A DNA stretch of 64,000 nucleotides from Patescibacteria group bacterium (GTDB lineage Bacteria > Patescibacteriota > Minisyncoccia > UBA6257 > UBA9933). The notes below the pieces were generated by a model, which was not told where the DNA came from, searched no databases, and worked only from the letters and a program-made list of their open reading frames with translations. The DNA is taken from NCBI GenBank assembly GCA_038065955.1, contig JBBTPY010000006.1:7626-71625 (forward strand), read 5' to 3'. Within the stretch, counting starts at the first letter, position 1. The number at the start of each line of letters is the position of its first letter. Position numbers and translations under genes: made by a program. Shown piece by piece: positions 1-9,415 of this stretch.

Positions 1-1
1 G

Positions 2-229
2 GCAAAACAAGAGTTAAAATTATCAGCGGAAATAGGAATGCCGGAAATTCAAAATTTGGAGTTTTATAACGCCGAATTCGGCGGGCAGGTTGAAAGTTCC
101 GATTTCAGCGCAGTCGCAGGATTGCTTTTATGGGGGAGCGACGAGCATTCGGGCGAAAAAAATTGGACGATTTCAAAACAAGGATTAAAAGGATTAGTTT
201 TTAAAATGCTTAAATATTTTAAGCCGTAA
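2..229 (+). CDS. C-terminal fragment of a cell-division protein, probably FtsA (5' end lies outside the window)
   Basis: Reading frame is open from the window edge to stop at 229. Tail 'SDFSAVAGLLLWGSDEH' resembles the conserved FtsA C-terminus. Sits immediately upstream of ftsZ as in the usual ftsA-ftsZ arrangement. Confidence 0.45.
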   Translation, partial: AKQELKLSAEIGMPEIQNLEFYNAEFGGQVESSDFSAVAGLLLWGSDEHSGEKNWTISKQGLKGLVFKMLKYFKP

Positions 230-248
230 ATGGTTTGGGTTAACAACT

Positions 249-1403
249 ATGGCGCAAAAAAAACGATTTAATAAATTAAAAAAACGTTCTTCGCCAAAGC
301 GTTCTTTGCCGTATTCTTTGGCTAAAATTAAAGTGGTTGGCATTGGCGGCGCCGGCGGCAACGCCGTTTCTCGGATGTTTGGAGTTTTTTCCCGGGGCGT
401 CGATTTAATCGCGATAAATACCGATATTCAAGATTTGGAATATTGCCAGGCGAAAAAGAAAATTTATATCGGCAAGAATGTTACCCGGGGTCTTGGAGCT
501 GGAATGAATCCTGATTTGGGGCGTCAGGCGGCCGAGGAAAGCCAAGCCGATATCGCGGAAGCGCTGGAGGGGGCGGATATGGTATTTCTTACCGCCGGAT
601 TCGGCGGCGGCACCGGTACCGGTGTTTTGCCGGTGGTGGCGGAAATTGCCAAAGATTTAGGGATTTTAACCGTGGCGATAGCGACCAAGCCGTTCGCTTT
701 TGAAGGTTATGAAAGGCAGAGGATTGCCGAAGAAGGCATAATAAAAACTAAAGATAAAGTTGACACTTTAATTATTGTGCCCAATGACCGGATTTTTTCC
801 GTTATTAATAAAAATACCACTTTAACAAAGGCTTTCGAAGCCGTTGATGAAGTGCTGAAAAATTCAGTGGCCGGCATTGCCGAACTGATAGCGGCGCCCG
901 GAATTATTAATATTGATTTTGCCGACGTTAAAACGATTATTCAGGATGCCGGTTCGGCGATTATCGGCATCGGTTCTTCTTTCGGCGCCGAGCGAGCGAT
1001 TAACGCCGTCAATATGGCTATTCATTCTCCGCTTCTGGAAATTTCCATAGAAGGGGCGAGAAAAGTGCTTTTTTCAGTTTCCGGCCATCGCGATTTAAAA
1101 ATGAGCGAAATTAACGATATTGCCCGAATGATTTCCGAAGCCGCGGACCATTCGGCAAAAATTATTTTTGGAGCTTATTATGATAAAAAACTTAGAAAAG
1201 GCGAATTAAAAGTGACCTTAATGGCGACCGGTTTTAACGGTTTATTAAATAAGGAAACGGCGCTTTTGCCGAATTTATTTTCCGCGGTGGCGGAAAAAAC
1301 GGTTTCTAAAACTGTTAATGATAAAAATAAAAAAGAAAAAGAAGAAAAAAACGACGATAATGCATGGGATATTCCGACATTTTTAAGAAAGAAAAGAAAA
1401 TAA
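249..1403 (+). CDS. ftsZ: Cell division GTPase FtsZ
   Basis: Tubulin signature 'GGGTGTG' in '[41 protein letters not shown]'; N-terminal '[13 protein letters not shown]'; basic C-terminal tail. Confidence 0.95.
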   Translation: MAQKKRFNKLKKRSSPKRSLPYSLAKIKVVGIGGAGGNAVSRMFGVFSRGVDLIAINTDIQDLEYCQAKKKIYIGKNVTRGLGAGMNPDLGRQAAEESQADIAEALEGADMVFLTAGFGGGTGTGVLPVVAEIAKDLGILTVAIATKPFAFEGYERQRIAEEGIIKTKDKVDTLIIVPNDRIFSVINKNTTLTKAFEAVDEVLKNSVAGIAELIAAPGIINIDFADVKTIIQDAGSAIIGIGSSFGAERAINAVNMAIHSPLLEISIEGARKVLFSVSGHRDLKMSEINDIARMISEAADHSAKIIFGAYYDKKLRKGELKVTLMATGFNGLLNKETALLPNLFSAVAEKTVSKTVNDKNKKEKEEKNDDNAWDIPTFLRKKRK

Positions 1404-3692
1404 ATGGCCGAAATTAAAACATTTCAAAATAATAAATCGGTTTTGAACGATTATTTCAAAACAGTCAAAAAACGCGACGGACGGTTGGCGTTTTTTGACA
1501 AATCTTTTATTACTCGCGCCATTATGAAAGCGCTCGCGGCGACCGGCGAAGGCGGCGAAGAAGACGCTATTCGTATTTCCGACCAAACACTCATCGTTTT
1601 AAAGAAAAAATATCCTCAAGATTATATTTTAGAGATTGAAGAAATTCAGGATATTGTAGAAGAATCTTTAATTTTATTGGATTACGCCAAAACCGTTAAA
1701 GCCTATATTCTTTATCGGCAGAAAAGAGCCGAAGTTCGGACCGAGCGCAAAGAAGTTCCGGAAAAAATTAAAAAATTAGCCGAGGAAAGCAAGAAATATT
1801 TTCGGAATTCTCTGGGCGAATTCATTTATTATCGCACTTATTCCCGCTGGATTGAAGATGAAAATCGGCGTGAAACTTGGATTGAAACGGTTGCTCGATA
1901 TATTGATTTTATGAAAGAGAATCTTGATGATAAATTGACGGATGCCGAATATCAAGAAATAAAAGAAGCGATTTTGAATCAAAAAGTGATGCCCTCAATG
2001 CGTTTGTTATGGGGCGCCGGCAAGGCGGCGAGAAAAAACAATGTTTGCGCCTATAATTGTTCATATATCGCTCCGGCAAAAATCAAAGATTTCGCCGAAA
2101 TTATGTTTCTTTTAATGAACGGCGCCGGCGTCGGATTTTCCGTCGAGCACCAGACGACTCAATTATTTCCCCAGATTAAAAAACAAACAGGAAAGTTATT
2201 GCCGGTTTATGTGATTGAAGACAGTAAGGAGGGATGGGGAGACGCTTTGACCGCGGGATTAACCGTTTGGTTTGAAGGGGAAGACATCAATTTTGATTTT
2301 TCAAAAATTAGGCCGGTGGGAAGTCATTTGAAAACAATGGGCGGTAAAGCTTCCGGTCCCGAGCCGTTGAAAAATCTTTTGGAATTTTCTCGCCGGAAAA
2401 TTTTGGCGCGCCAGGGAAGGCGTCTTCGGCCGATTGACGTTCACGATATTATTTGTAAAATCGGCGAAGTGGTGGTGATGGGCGGCGTCAGGAGAAGCGC
2501 TTTGATTTCTTTGTCCGATTTGGACGACGAAGCGATGAGAGCGGCAAAAATGGGGCAGTTTTATTTGACGGAACCTCAGCGAAGTTTGGCTAATAATTCC
2601 GTCGCTTATGATGAAAAACCGACGGCCGACCAGTTTTTGGAAGAATGGCTGGCTCTCATTAAAAGCAACGCCGGCGAGCGGGGAATTTTTAATAGGGGAG
2701 GATTAAAAATTCAAGTGCCGGAACGGCGCTGGAAAATTTTAGAAAAAGACGCGGCCACGGTTGGCGCCAATCCTTGCGGCGAAATTTATTTAAAATCAAA
2801 AGAATTTTGCAATTTAACGGAAGTCGTTGCCAGGGCGGAAGATACCGAAGAAATCCTTTTGGAAAAAATTCGTCTTGCCGTTATTTTGGGCACTTATCAG
2901 TCGACATTTACCGATTTCCGCTATCTTTCCGAAGAATGGAAGAAAAATTGCGAAGAAGAACGGCTTTTAGGAGTTTCAATCACCGGACAATGGGATTGTC
3001 AGACATTGAGAAATGCGGAAGCTTTTTATAAATTAAAAGAAAAAGCCGTTGAGATTAACAGAATTTACGCTAAAAGATTTAATATTAATCCTTCGGCCGC
3101 CATTACTTGCGTGAAGCCGTCGGGAACGGTATCTCAGTTAGTGGACGCTTCTTCTGGTATGCATCCGCGGCACAGCCGTTATTATATCAGACGCGTAAGA
3201 ATCGCGGCGACAGACAATTTATTTCAAATGCTTAAAGAACAGCGGGTTTCTTATTATCCCGAAGTCGGCCAAAGCATGGATTCGGCTTCAACTTATGTTC
3301 TGGAATTTCCGGTCAAGGCTCCGGCCGGTTCAATTTTTAGAAACGATATGAGCGCTATTGAACAGCTGGAATATTGGAAGTTGGTGAAAAATAATTATAC
3401 GGAGCATAATCCTTCAGTAACGATTTCGGTCGGCAAGGACGAATGGGTTAAAGTCGGAAATTGGGTTTACGAGAATTGGGATATTGTCGGAGGGTTGTCT
3501 TTTTTGCCGCGCGAAGACGAAGACCATGTTTATAAGCTCGCTCCTTATGAGGAAATAAGTGAAGAAAAATACAATGAAATGGTAACGGCTTTTCCGGAAA
3601 TCGATTTTTCCCAAATCATCGCTTATGAATGGGAAGATGAAACTCAGGGCGCCAAAGAACTGGCTTGCGTTTCGGGAGTTTGTGAAATTTAA
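1404..3692 (+). CDS. nrdJ: Class II (adenosylcobalamin-type) ribonucleotide reductase with N-terminal ATP-cone
   Basis: N-terminal ATP-cone-like segment ('KRDGRLAFFDKSFITRAIMKA'). Active-site thiyl-radical motif 'NPCGEI' is the class II form (class I has 'NxCxE'). Length 762 aa fits monomeric NrdJ/RTPR. Confidence 0.7.
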   Translation: MAEIKTFQNNKSVLNDYFKTVKKRDGRLAFFDKSFITRAIMKALAATGEGGEEDAIRISDQTLIVLKKKYPQDYILEIEEIQDIVEESLILLDYAKTVKAYILYRQKRAEVRTERKEVPEKIKKLAEESKKYFRNSLGEFIYYRTYSRWIEDENRRETWIETVARYIDFMKENLDDKLTDAEYQEIKEAILNQKVMPSMRLLWGAGKAARKNNVCAYNCSYIAPAKIKDFAEIMFLLMNGAGVGFSVEHQTTQLFPQIKKQTGKLLPVYVIEDSKEGWGDALTAGLTVWFEGEDINFDFSKIRPVGSHLKTMGGKASGPEPLKNLLEFSRRKILARQGRRLRPIDVHDIICKIGEVVVMGGVRRSALISLSDLDDEAMRAAKMGQFYLTEPQRSLANNSVAYDEKPTADQFLEEWLALIKSNAGERGIFNRGGLKIQVPERRWKILEKDAATVGANPCGEIYLKSKEFCNLTEVVARAEDTEEILLEKIRLAVILGTYQSTFTDFRYLSEEWKKNCEEERLLGVSITGQWDCQTLRNAEAFYKLKEKAVEINRIYAKRFNINPSAAITCVKPSGTVSQLVDASSGMHPRHSRYYIRRVRIAATDNLFQMLKEQRVSYYPEVGQSMDSASTYVLEFPVKAPAGSIFRNDMSAIEQLEYWKLVKNNYTEHNPSVTISVGKDEWVKVGNWVYENWDIVGGLSFLPREDEDHVYKLAPYEEISEEKYNEMVTAFPEIDFSQIIAYEWEDETQGAKELACVSGVCEI

Positions 3693-3700
3693 AAGTTTAT

Positions 3701-5413
3701 ATGCTTCAAATTCCTTCTCAAAAATTAAAAGATCTTTTAATAAGCGAGGGGTTGGTTGTTTCTTCTGATTTTGAAGCTTTATCGGAAGAAGCTCGGCGGT
3801 TGGGGCAAAATCTTGGCGAACTTTTAATTTCGCGCGGCATTGTTACATTGGATTATTTATATGGAGTCATCGCTAAATATTTTGGAGTTGAAAGAGTCGA
3901 TTTTATCAATCGGAAAATAAATGAAGAAGTTTTCGGCCGTCTTTCGGAGAATTTAGCCAGGCAAAAAAGAGTAATTATTTTTGACAAAGATTCAACGGGC
4001 GTTGTTTGCGCGGCCATGGAAGACCCGAGCGACCTTAACACGATTGAATTTCTGCAGAAACATTTAGGGGTAAGGATTAAACCGTTTTTGGCCGCTCCCG
4101 AAGACCTAAATAAAGGTTTTTCGTTTTATGGCCGTCATTTCGCCGAAGATTTTAAAAAAATTATTGAAGAAAACATCGCGGCTTCATTGCGCCAAAAAAT
4201 ATCGCAAACCGTTGAAGAAGCGGCGGCCGCGGTTCCCATCATCGCCATTATTGACGGATTTTTTTCTTATGCCGCTTCACTGAGGGCTTCGGATATTCAT
4301 ATAGAAATTTTTGAAGACGGAATTCTCGTCAGATTCAGGATAGACGGCATTTTGCATGAAATTATGAGAATTCCCAAAGAAGTGCATCCGGCTATCATCG
4401 CTCGGTTGAAAATATTGGCCGGTTTGAAAATTGACGAACATCAAAAGCCGCAGGACGGCCGTTTTCGTTATAAAATCGGTTCCGATTTGATTGATGTTCG
4501 GGTTTCAATAATTCCGACTTTTTACGGTGAAAAAATCGAAACGCGGCTTTTGCCGTCAACGCAAAAACCATTGTCTTTAAAAGATTTAGGGATAATGGAA
4601 AATAGCGAGCTTATTATCAGGGAAAACATTAAAAAATCTTATGGAATGATTTTAATTACCGGTCCGACCGGTTCGGGTAAAACCACTACGCTTTATTCAT
4701 TGCTTAATATTTTAAACAAACCGGAAGTAAATATTGTCACCGTTGAAGATCCGATTGAATATGATATGAAATATATCAATCAGGTTCAGATTAATCCTTT
4801 AGCCGGGATTACTTTTTCCGCCGGTCTCCGTTCTATTTTGCGCCAGGACCCTAATATTATTATGGTAGGCGAAATTCGCGATAATGAGACGGCGGAAATT
4901 TCGGTGCACGCGGCTTTAACCGGCCATCTCGTGATTTCAACTCTTCATACTAATGACGCGCCCACGGCAGTGCCTCGATTAATCGATATGAAAATCGCTC
5001 CTTTTTTGGCGGCCGCGGTTTTAAATATGATAATGGCTCAGCGGTTAGTAAGAAAAATTTGTCTCAATTGTATTGAGTCTTTTTCGCCGTCTTCCGATTT
5101 AATAGAATCAATAAAAAGACAATTAAAAGATTTGCATTTAATCGCCGATTTTAAGGCGCCTAAGATTTTATATAAGGGCAGGGGTTGTTCGAGTTGTAAT
5201 CATACCGGTTATAGCGGACGAATCGGCATTTATGAAATATTAAATATTGACGATGATATAAGAAAAGAAATTATTAATTCCGAGTTTTCTCTTAATAATT
5301 TGATTAAATTAGCCAAACAAAGAGGGATGATTACGATGTTTGAGGACGGCTTAAAAAAATCCGAATTAGGGATGACGACTATAGAGGAAGTATTAAGAGT
5401 TATTAGAGAATAA
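3701..5413 (+). CDS. pilB: Type IV pilus assembly ATPase PilB/GspE family
   Basis: Walker A 'ITGPTGSGKTTTLYS'; GspE N-domain; tetracysteine motif 'CLNC...CSSCNHTGYSGRIGIYE' typical of PilB/GspE. Confidence 0.9.
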   Translation: MLQIPSQKLKDLLISEGLVVSSDFEALSEEARRLGQNLGELLISRGIVTLDYLYGVIAKYFGVERVDFINRKINEEVFGRLSENLARQKRVIIFDKDSTGVVCAAMEDPSDLNTIEFLQKHLGVRIKPFLAAPEDLNKGFSFYGRHFAEDFKKIIEENIAASLRQKISQTVEEAAAAVPIIAIIDGFFSYAASLRASDIHIEIFEDGILVRFRIDGILHEIMRIPKEVHPAIIARLKILAGLKIDEHQKPQDGRFRYKIGSDLIDVRVSIIPTFYGEKIETRLLPSTQKPLSLKDLGIMENSELIIRENIKKSYGMILITGPTGSGKTTTLYSLLNILNKPEVNIVTVEDPIEYDMKYINQVQINPLAGITFSAGLRSILRQDPNIIMVGEIRDNETAEISVHAALTGHLVISTLHTNDAPTAVPRLIDMKIAPFLAAAVLNMIMAQRLVRKICLNCIESFSPSSDLIESIKRQLKDLHLIADFKAPKILYKGRGCSSCNHTGYSGRIGIYEILNIDDDIRKEIINSEFSLNNLIKLAKQRGMITMFEDGLKKSELGMTTIEEVLRVIRE

Positions 5414-5417
5414 ATTT

Positions 5418-6629
5418 ATGCGTTTTCACTATTTAGCTTCAAAACTTGATAACGCGGCGGTTGAAGGGGAGATAGAGGGAGAGAGTTTAACTGATGTTTT
5501 AAAATATCTGGCAAGAGAAGGATTAAGACCCGTTTCGATTAAGTCGCTTAAAGAGATTAAAAAAATTGGCCGATTTAATATTTTCGGTAAAGGAATTACC
5601 GTAACCGATAAGGTTTTTTTGACGAAATATTTGTCGTTAATGATCAGGACGGGAACCGATTTATTCAAGGCCATTGATATTTTAATCGGTGATTTTGATA
5701 AAGCGGACGTCAAGGCCCTGCTTATGGAAATTCGTTATGGATTAGAAAAGGGCCAGCCGTTTTATTCTGTTTTCGCCAAATACCCGAAATTTTTTTCTCC
5801 GGTTTTCATTAATTTGATTAAGGCCGGCGAGGCCTCGGGAAACTTGGAACAAGTTCTTACGCGATTAAGCATTTCCCTGCAGAAAGAGGCCGACCTTCGT
5901 CATAAAATCAAAGCCGCCCTCACTTATCCGATTATTTTATTAATTGCTTCTTCGGCTATTCTTTTTATATTGGTCGGTTTTGCTTTGCCGAAAATCGCCG
6001 ATGTTTTTAGTTCTACCGGTTTTGAGCCGCCTCTTTTTTCAAAAATCGTTTTTTTAGTCGGTATTTTTATCGGTAATCATTTTTTAATTATTTTTGGCGG
6101 ATTGCTGATTTTAATTTTTTCTTTATGGTATTTTCTTGCCAGGACTATAATCGGCCGGCAATTTTTTTACCAATTAATCATTAAAGTTCCGGCAGTCGGA
6201 GATGTTTTAAAAAAAATCGCTCTTCAGCGTTTTGCCGGAACTTTTTCGGCTTTGCTGTCGGCCGGAATGCCTATTTTGGATTCTTTGGAAATTACGGCCG
6301 ATACGGTCGGCTTCGGAGAATTAAGAAGAAGTTTATTAAGGATTTCCAAGGAAGGAATTGCCAAAGGGTTGACAATCGGCGACGCTTTTCGCCGCGAGCC
6401 GGTTTTTCCGCGGACGGTAACCAATTTGGTGGCGGTTTCCGAGAAAGCCGGTCATTTGGAAAAAATTTTGGAAACATTGTCGGAATTTTACGAATCGGAA
6501 ATTGAATCTTCGATTAAATCGCTGTTTTCTTTTTTGGAACCGGTTATGCTTTTGATAATCGGCGCAATTATCGCGGTAATCGCTTTATCAACGATTATAC
6601 CGATTTATCAGCTGATGGGGGAGTTTTAA
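5418..6629 (+). CDS. pilC: Type IV pilus / type II secretion platform protein PilC/GspF family
   Basis: Two GspF-type repeats, polytopic membrane protein ~400 aa, directly downstream of pilB. Confidence 0.85.
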   Translation: MRFHYLASKLDNAAVEGEIEGESLTDVLKYLAREGLRPVSIKSLKEIKKIGRFNIFGKGITVTDKVFLTKYLSLMIRTGTDLFKAIDILIGDFDKADVKALLMEIRYGLEKGQPFYSVFAKYPKFFSPVFINLIKAGEASGNLEQVLTRLSISLQKEADLRHKIKAALTYPIILLIASSAILFILVGFALPKIADVFSSTGFEPPLFSKIVFLVGIFIGNHFLIIFGGLLILIFSLWYFLARTIIGRQFFYQLIIKVPAVGDVLKKIALQRFAGTFSALLSAGMPILDSLEITADTVGFGELRRSLLRISKEGIAKGLTIGDAFRREPVFPRTVTNLVAVSEKAGHLEKILETLSEFYESEIESSIKSLFSFLEPVMLLIIGAIIAVIALSTIIPIYQLMGEF

Positions 6630-6631
6630 TA

Positions 6632-7093
6632 ATGAAAGCATTTACCTTAATTGAACTTTTAATAGTAGTTGCCATTATGGCGATTTTAGCCGCCGTCGGT
6701 TCAGTTAATCTTTTTAATTTTCGCGCTCAAAATAATTTGAATTTAACGGTCAATGAAATTATTTCTCTTTTAAGAAATGCCCAAAATCGTTCAATTACTC
6801 AGGAAAACGGCAGTAATTGGGGCGTTCATCTTGAAAATCCGTCAAATCAAGACGATTTTTACGCTTTATTTCAAGGCGCCGTTTATTCTTCGGGCAATAC
6901 GGTTTTAAGAGCAAATTTGCGGCCGACGGTCCAATTTAACGACCCGTCAAGCGGCGCGAGCAAGGACATTATTTTTAATTCAATCAGCGGTTTGCCGTTC
7001 GCTTCTACGACTGTTATAATATCTTTAAAAAGCGATTCTTCTAAAATAAAAACTATCACCGTCAATGCTAATGGCAGAATACAACAATATTAA
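6632..7093 (+). CDS. Type IV (pseudo)pilin with class III prepilin leader
   Basis: N-terminus 'MKAFTLIELLIVVAIMAILAAV' is the prepilin cleavage/N-methylation motif with a hydrophobic helix. Confidence 0.75.
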   Translation: MKAFTLIELLIVVAIMAILAAVGSVNLFNFRAQNNLNLTVNEIISLLRNAQNRSITQENGSNWGVHLENPSNQDDFYALFQGAVYSSGNTVLRANLRPTVQFNDPSSGASKDIIFNSISGLPFASTTVIISLKSDSSKIKTITVNANGRIQQY

Positions 7094-7709
7094 AGGCCAA
7101 TCGCTTGTGGAAATAATAATTGCTATGGCCATCGGGACGATTTTAATCGGCGCTTCGGTTGGTTCCATTGTTTTGCTTTTAAAATATAATTTAAACACGA
7201 AAACGGTTCAAATTGCGTCTTCTTTGAATAGGCAAATGATGGACGATATCCGCTCAATATCAGAATCCGATTGGCTTAATATTTACAATAAAAATAAAGG
7301 AGTAAGTAATCAATATTACATTTCCAGTTCCACGCGGCAGATTGTTTCCGGCGCGGAATCTTTAATTATTGAAGGAAGGCAGTTCAGCCGTTATTTTTAT
7401 ATTGAAAACGTTTCCCGCGACGCCGGCAATAATATTGAAGTTATTTATAATTCGGTTAATGATGACCCTTCTACCCAAAAAATTGCGGTAATTGTTCAAT
7501 GGGGCGGCGGAGGGAATATTAAAGAAGTTCAGTATTTAACCCGTTTTCGCAATGCGGTTTTTGTCCAGACCGATTGGTCGGGCGGATTTAACCAAGAGAT
7601 ATTTGCCACTACAAGCGCCGGAACGATTATTAATGGCAAATTCGCCACTTCATCGTCCAATATTGATTTTTCTTCAACACCCGGGTCAATTAGATTAATT
7701 TTGCCGTAA
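7065..7709 (+). CDS. Minor pseudopilin-like protein
   Basis: 'KGQSLVEIIIAMAIGTILIGA' is a prepilin-like N-terminal motif. Overlaps the preceding pilin gene by 29 nt; the true start may be M7071. Confidence 0.5.
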   Translation: MLMAEYNNIKGQSLVEIIIAMAIGTILIGASVGSIVLLLKYNLNTKTVQIASSLNRQMMDDIRSISESDWLNIYNKNKGVSNQYYISSSTRQIVSGAESLIIEGRQFSRYFYIENVSRDAGNNIEVIYNSVNDDPSTQKIAVIVQWGGGGNIKEVQYLTRFRNAVFVQTDWSGGFNQEIFATTSAGTIINGKFATSSSNIDFSSTPGSIRLILP

Positions 7710-7717
7710 GAAAATAT

Positions 7718-8554
7718 ATGATTAAGCTTAAAAAATTAAAAATTTTAATCGTCACTTTTTGTTTTTTATTTTTAATTTCAAATTTTATTTATGCGGCCGT
7801 TATTGATCCGATCGATCGCTGGGCTTGGAATGACATAATCGGCTGGATTGATTTTGGTTATCCGGCCGGTAATGTTAATGTTTATAGCAATCGTTTAGAA
7901 GGATATGCAAGTTCGTCGGTTGGTTTTATCGCTTTGAATTGTAATTCCACGCCTAATGGCAATATTTGCGGCGCGAGCGATTTTAAAGTTTCAAATGACG
8001 GCGCCGGCAATCTTTCGGGCTGGGCTTATAATGACAATATCGGCTGGATAAGTTTTGCTTCCACTACGCCGGTTGTTTATTCAGTTTCCATTGATTCGGG
8101 CGGCGATTTTCACGGCTGGGCTTGGAACGATATTATCGGCTGGATCAGTTTTAATTCTGCGGAAGGAGGAGGGAGCGTTAATTATAAAGTGAAAACTCTT
8201 TGGTCGGCGCAGGCGGCGACCGGCACTTTAACTTCCAGCGTTTTTGACGCTCAAGTTGCCGGCGGCGTGGCTATTAACACGATTATGTGGCAGGGGAGCA
8301 GAAACGGCGGAGCGGTGAAATTTCAGATCGCTTCTTCAAATAATTCCGCCGGTCCCTGGACTTACTACGGTCCCAATAACACGTCGCTTGACAACGACGT
8401 TTATTCTCCAACAGATTCAAATGCGCCTATTGAAATAAATCCGATTCAGCATAATAATAAAAGATATGTTCGTTATAAAGCGATTTTAGAATCCAATTTG
8501 GCGCAGACTCAAAGTCCGACAGTTAATGATATAATAATAAATTGGAGCCCGTAA
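7718..8554 (+). CDS. Secreted protein with Trp-rich internal repeats (possible pilus-associated or adhesin protein)
   Basis: Signal peptide, then four copies of a 'WAWNDIIGWI(D/S)F' module. Embedded in the pilus gene cluster. Confidence 0.4.
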   Translation: MIKLKKLKILIVTFCFLFLISNFIYAAVIDPIDRWAWNDIIGWIDFGYPAGNVNVYSNRLEGYASSSVGFIALNCNSTPNGNICGASDFKVSNDGAGNLSGWAYNDNIGWISFASTTPVVYSVSIDSGGDFHGWAWNDIIGWISFNSAEGGGSVNYKVKTLWSAQAATGTLTSSVFDAQVAGGVAINTIMWQGSRNGGAVKFQIASSNNSAGPWTYYGPNNTSLDNDVYSPTDSNAPIEINPIQHNNKRYVRYKAILESNLAQTQSPTVNDIIINWSP

Positions 8555-8563
8555 TTATTTAAT

Positions 8564-8971
8564 ATGTCAAAATTAAACAAAATTTTATTATTTTTTGTCT
8601 TTATATTATTAATGGCCCTGGGAGTCGTTTTATATTGGCAGAAAATCGGTTTTGAAAAACCTTATTACGCGGTTTATTTAAATACCGGCGACCTTTATTT
8701 CGGCAGATTAAATTATTTTTCAAATTCGTCCTTAAGCGATGTTTATTATATCCAAAGAAATCCGGAAGACCGGCAGAATCCTTTAAGTATTTCAAAATTT
8801 GAGAATTCTTTTTGGAAACCGGAAGGGAAGATTTATATCAACGATGATATGATTGTCTGGAAAGTCAGGTTAAAAAAAGACAGCGAGCTGTTGAATTATA
8901 TTAAAAATCCGCAGGCATTTCAGCAATTTCAACCCCAGCAACAGTCTCAATCAACTTCATCTCGGCAATGA
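8564..8971 (+). CDS. Small membrane-anchored protein, unknown function
   Basis: N-terminal transmembrane helix; Q-rich C-terminus; no recognisable catalytic motif. Confidence 0.3.
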   Translation: MSKLNKILLFFVFILLMALGVVLYWQKIGFEKPYYAVYLNTGDLYFGRLNYFSNSSLSDVYYIQRNPEDRQNPLSISKFENSFWKPEGKIYINDDMIVWKVRLKKDSELLNYIKNPQAFQQFQPQQQSQSTSSRQ

Positions 8972-9402
8972 AATTATTAGATATTTTACGCAATTTATTT
9001 GATTTAAGAGGCATCGTGGCTTTGCCGACAATTCTTATAATAGGCGGGATAATAGTTGAAATCGGGTTAGCCGGCATTTTAGTCGCCTATTTGGTTTCTC
9101 AGAGCGGATTCGGCGTTAAAATGTCTGCCGAGGCCATGGCGGCGGCGCAAGCCGGAGTAAACGATGCTATAATGAAAGTGGTTAGAGATAAAAATTTTTT
9201 CACCGGCGCTTCAACGACATTGGCTGTCGGCGACCGTTCGGCTGAAGTGTCGGTCATAAGAGACAATCCTTCAATCGGCAAAAGCGCGGTTTTTTCCATA
9301 GGTACAGCTTTTAATAAAAAGAGAAAATTAAAGGCGCTCTTGAATGTTAATAGTATTACCGGAGAAGTTAAAATAGAATCCATAGAAGAAATGCCGTTAT
9401 AA
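8968..9402 (+). CDS. PilX-like minor pilin/pseudopilin
   Basis: N-terminal TM segment followed by 'MSAEAMAAAQAGVNDAIMKV', resembling the PilX N-terminal 'AEAG' region. Start overlaps the upstream stop (translational coupling). Confidence 0.4.
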   Translation: MKLLDILRNLFDLRGIVALPTILIIGGIIVEIGLAGILVAYLVSQSGFGVKMSAEAMAAAQAGVNDAIMKVVRDKNFFTGASTTLAVGDRSAEVSVIRDNPSIGKSAVFSIGTAFNKKRKLKALLNVNSITGEVKIESIEEMPL

Positions 9403-9415
9403 ATAAATAGATAAT

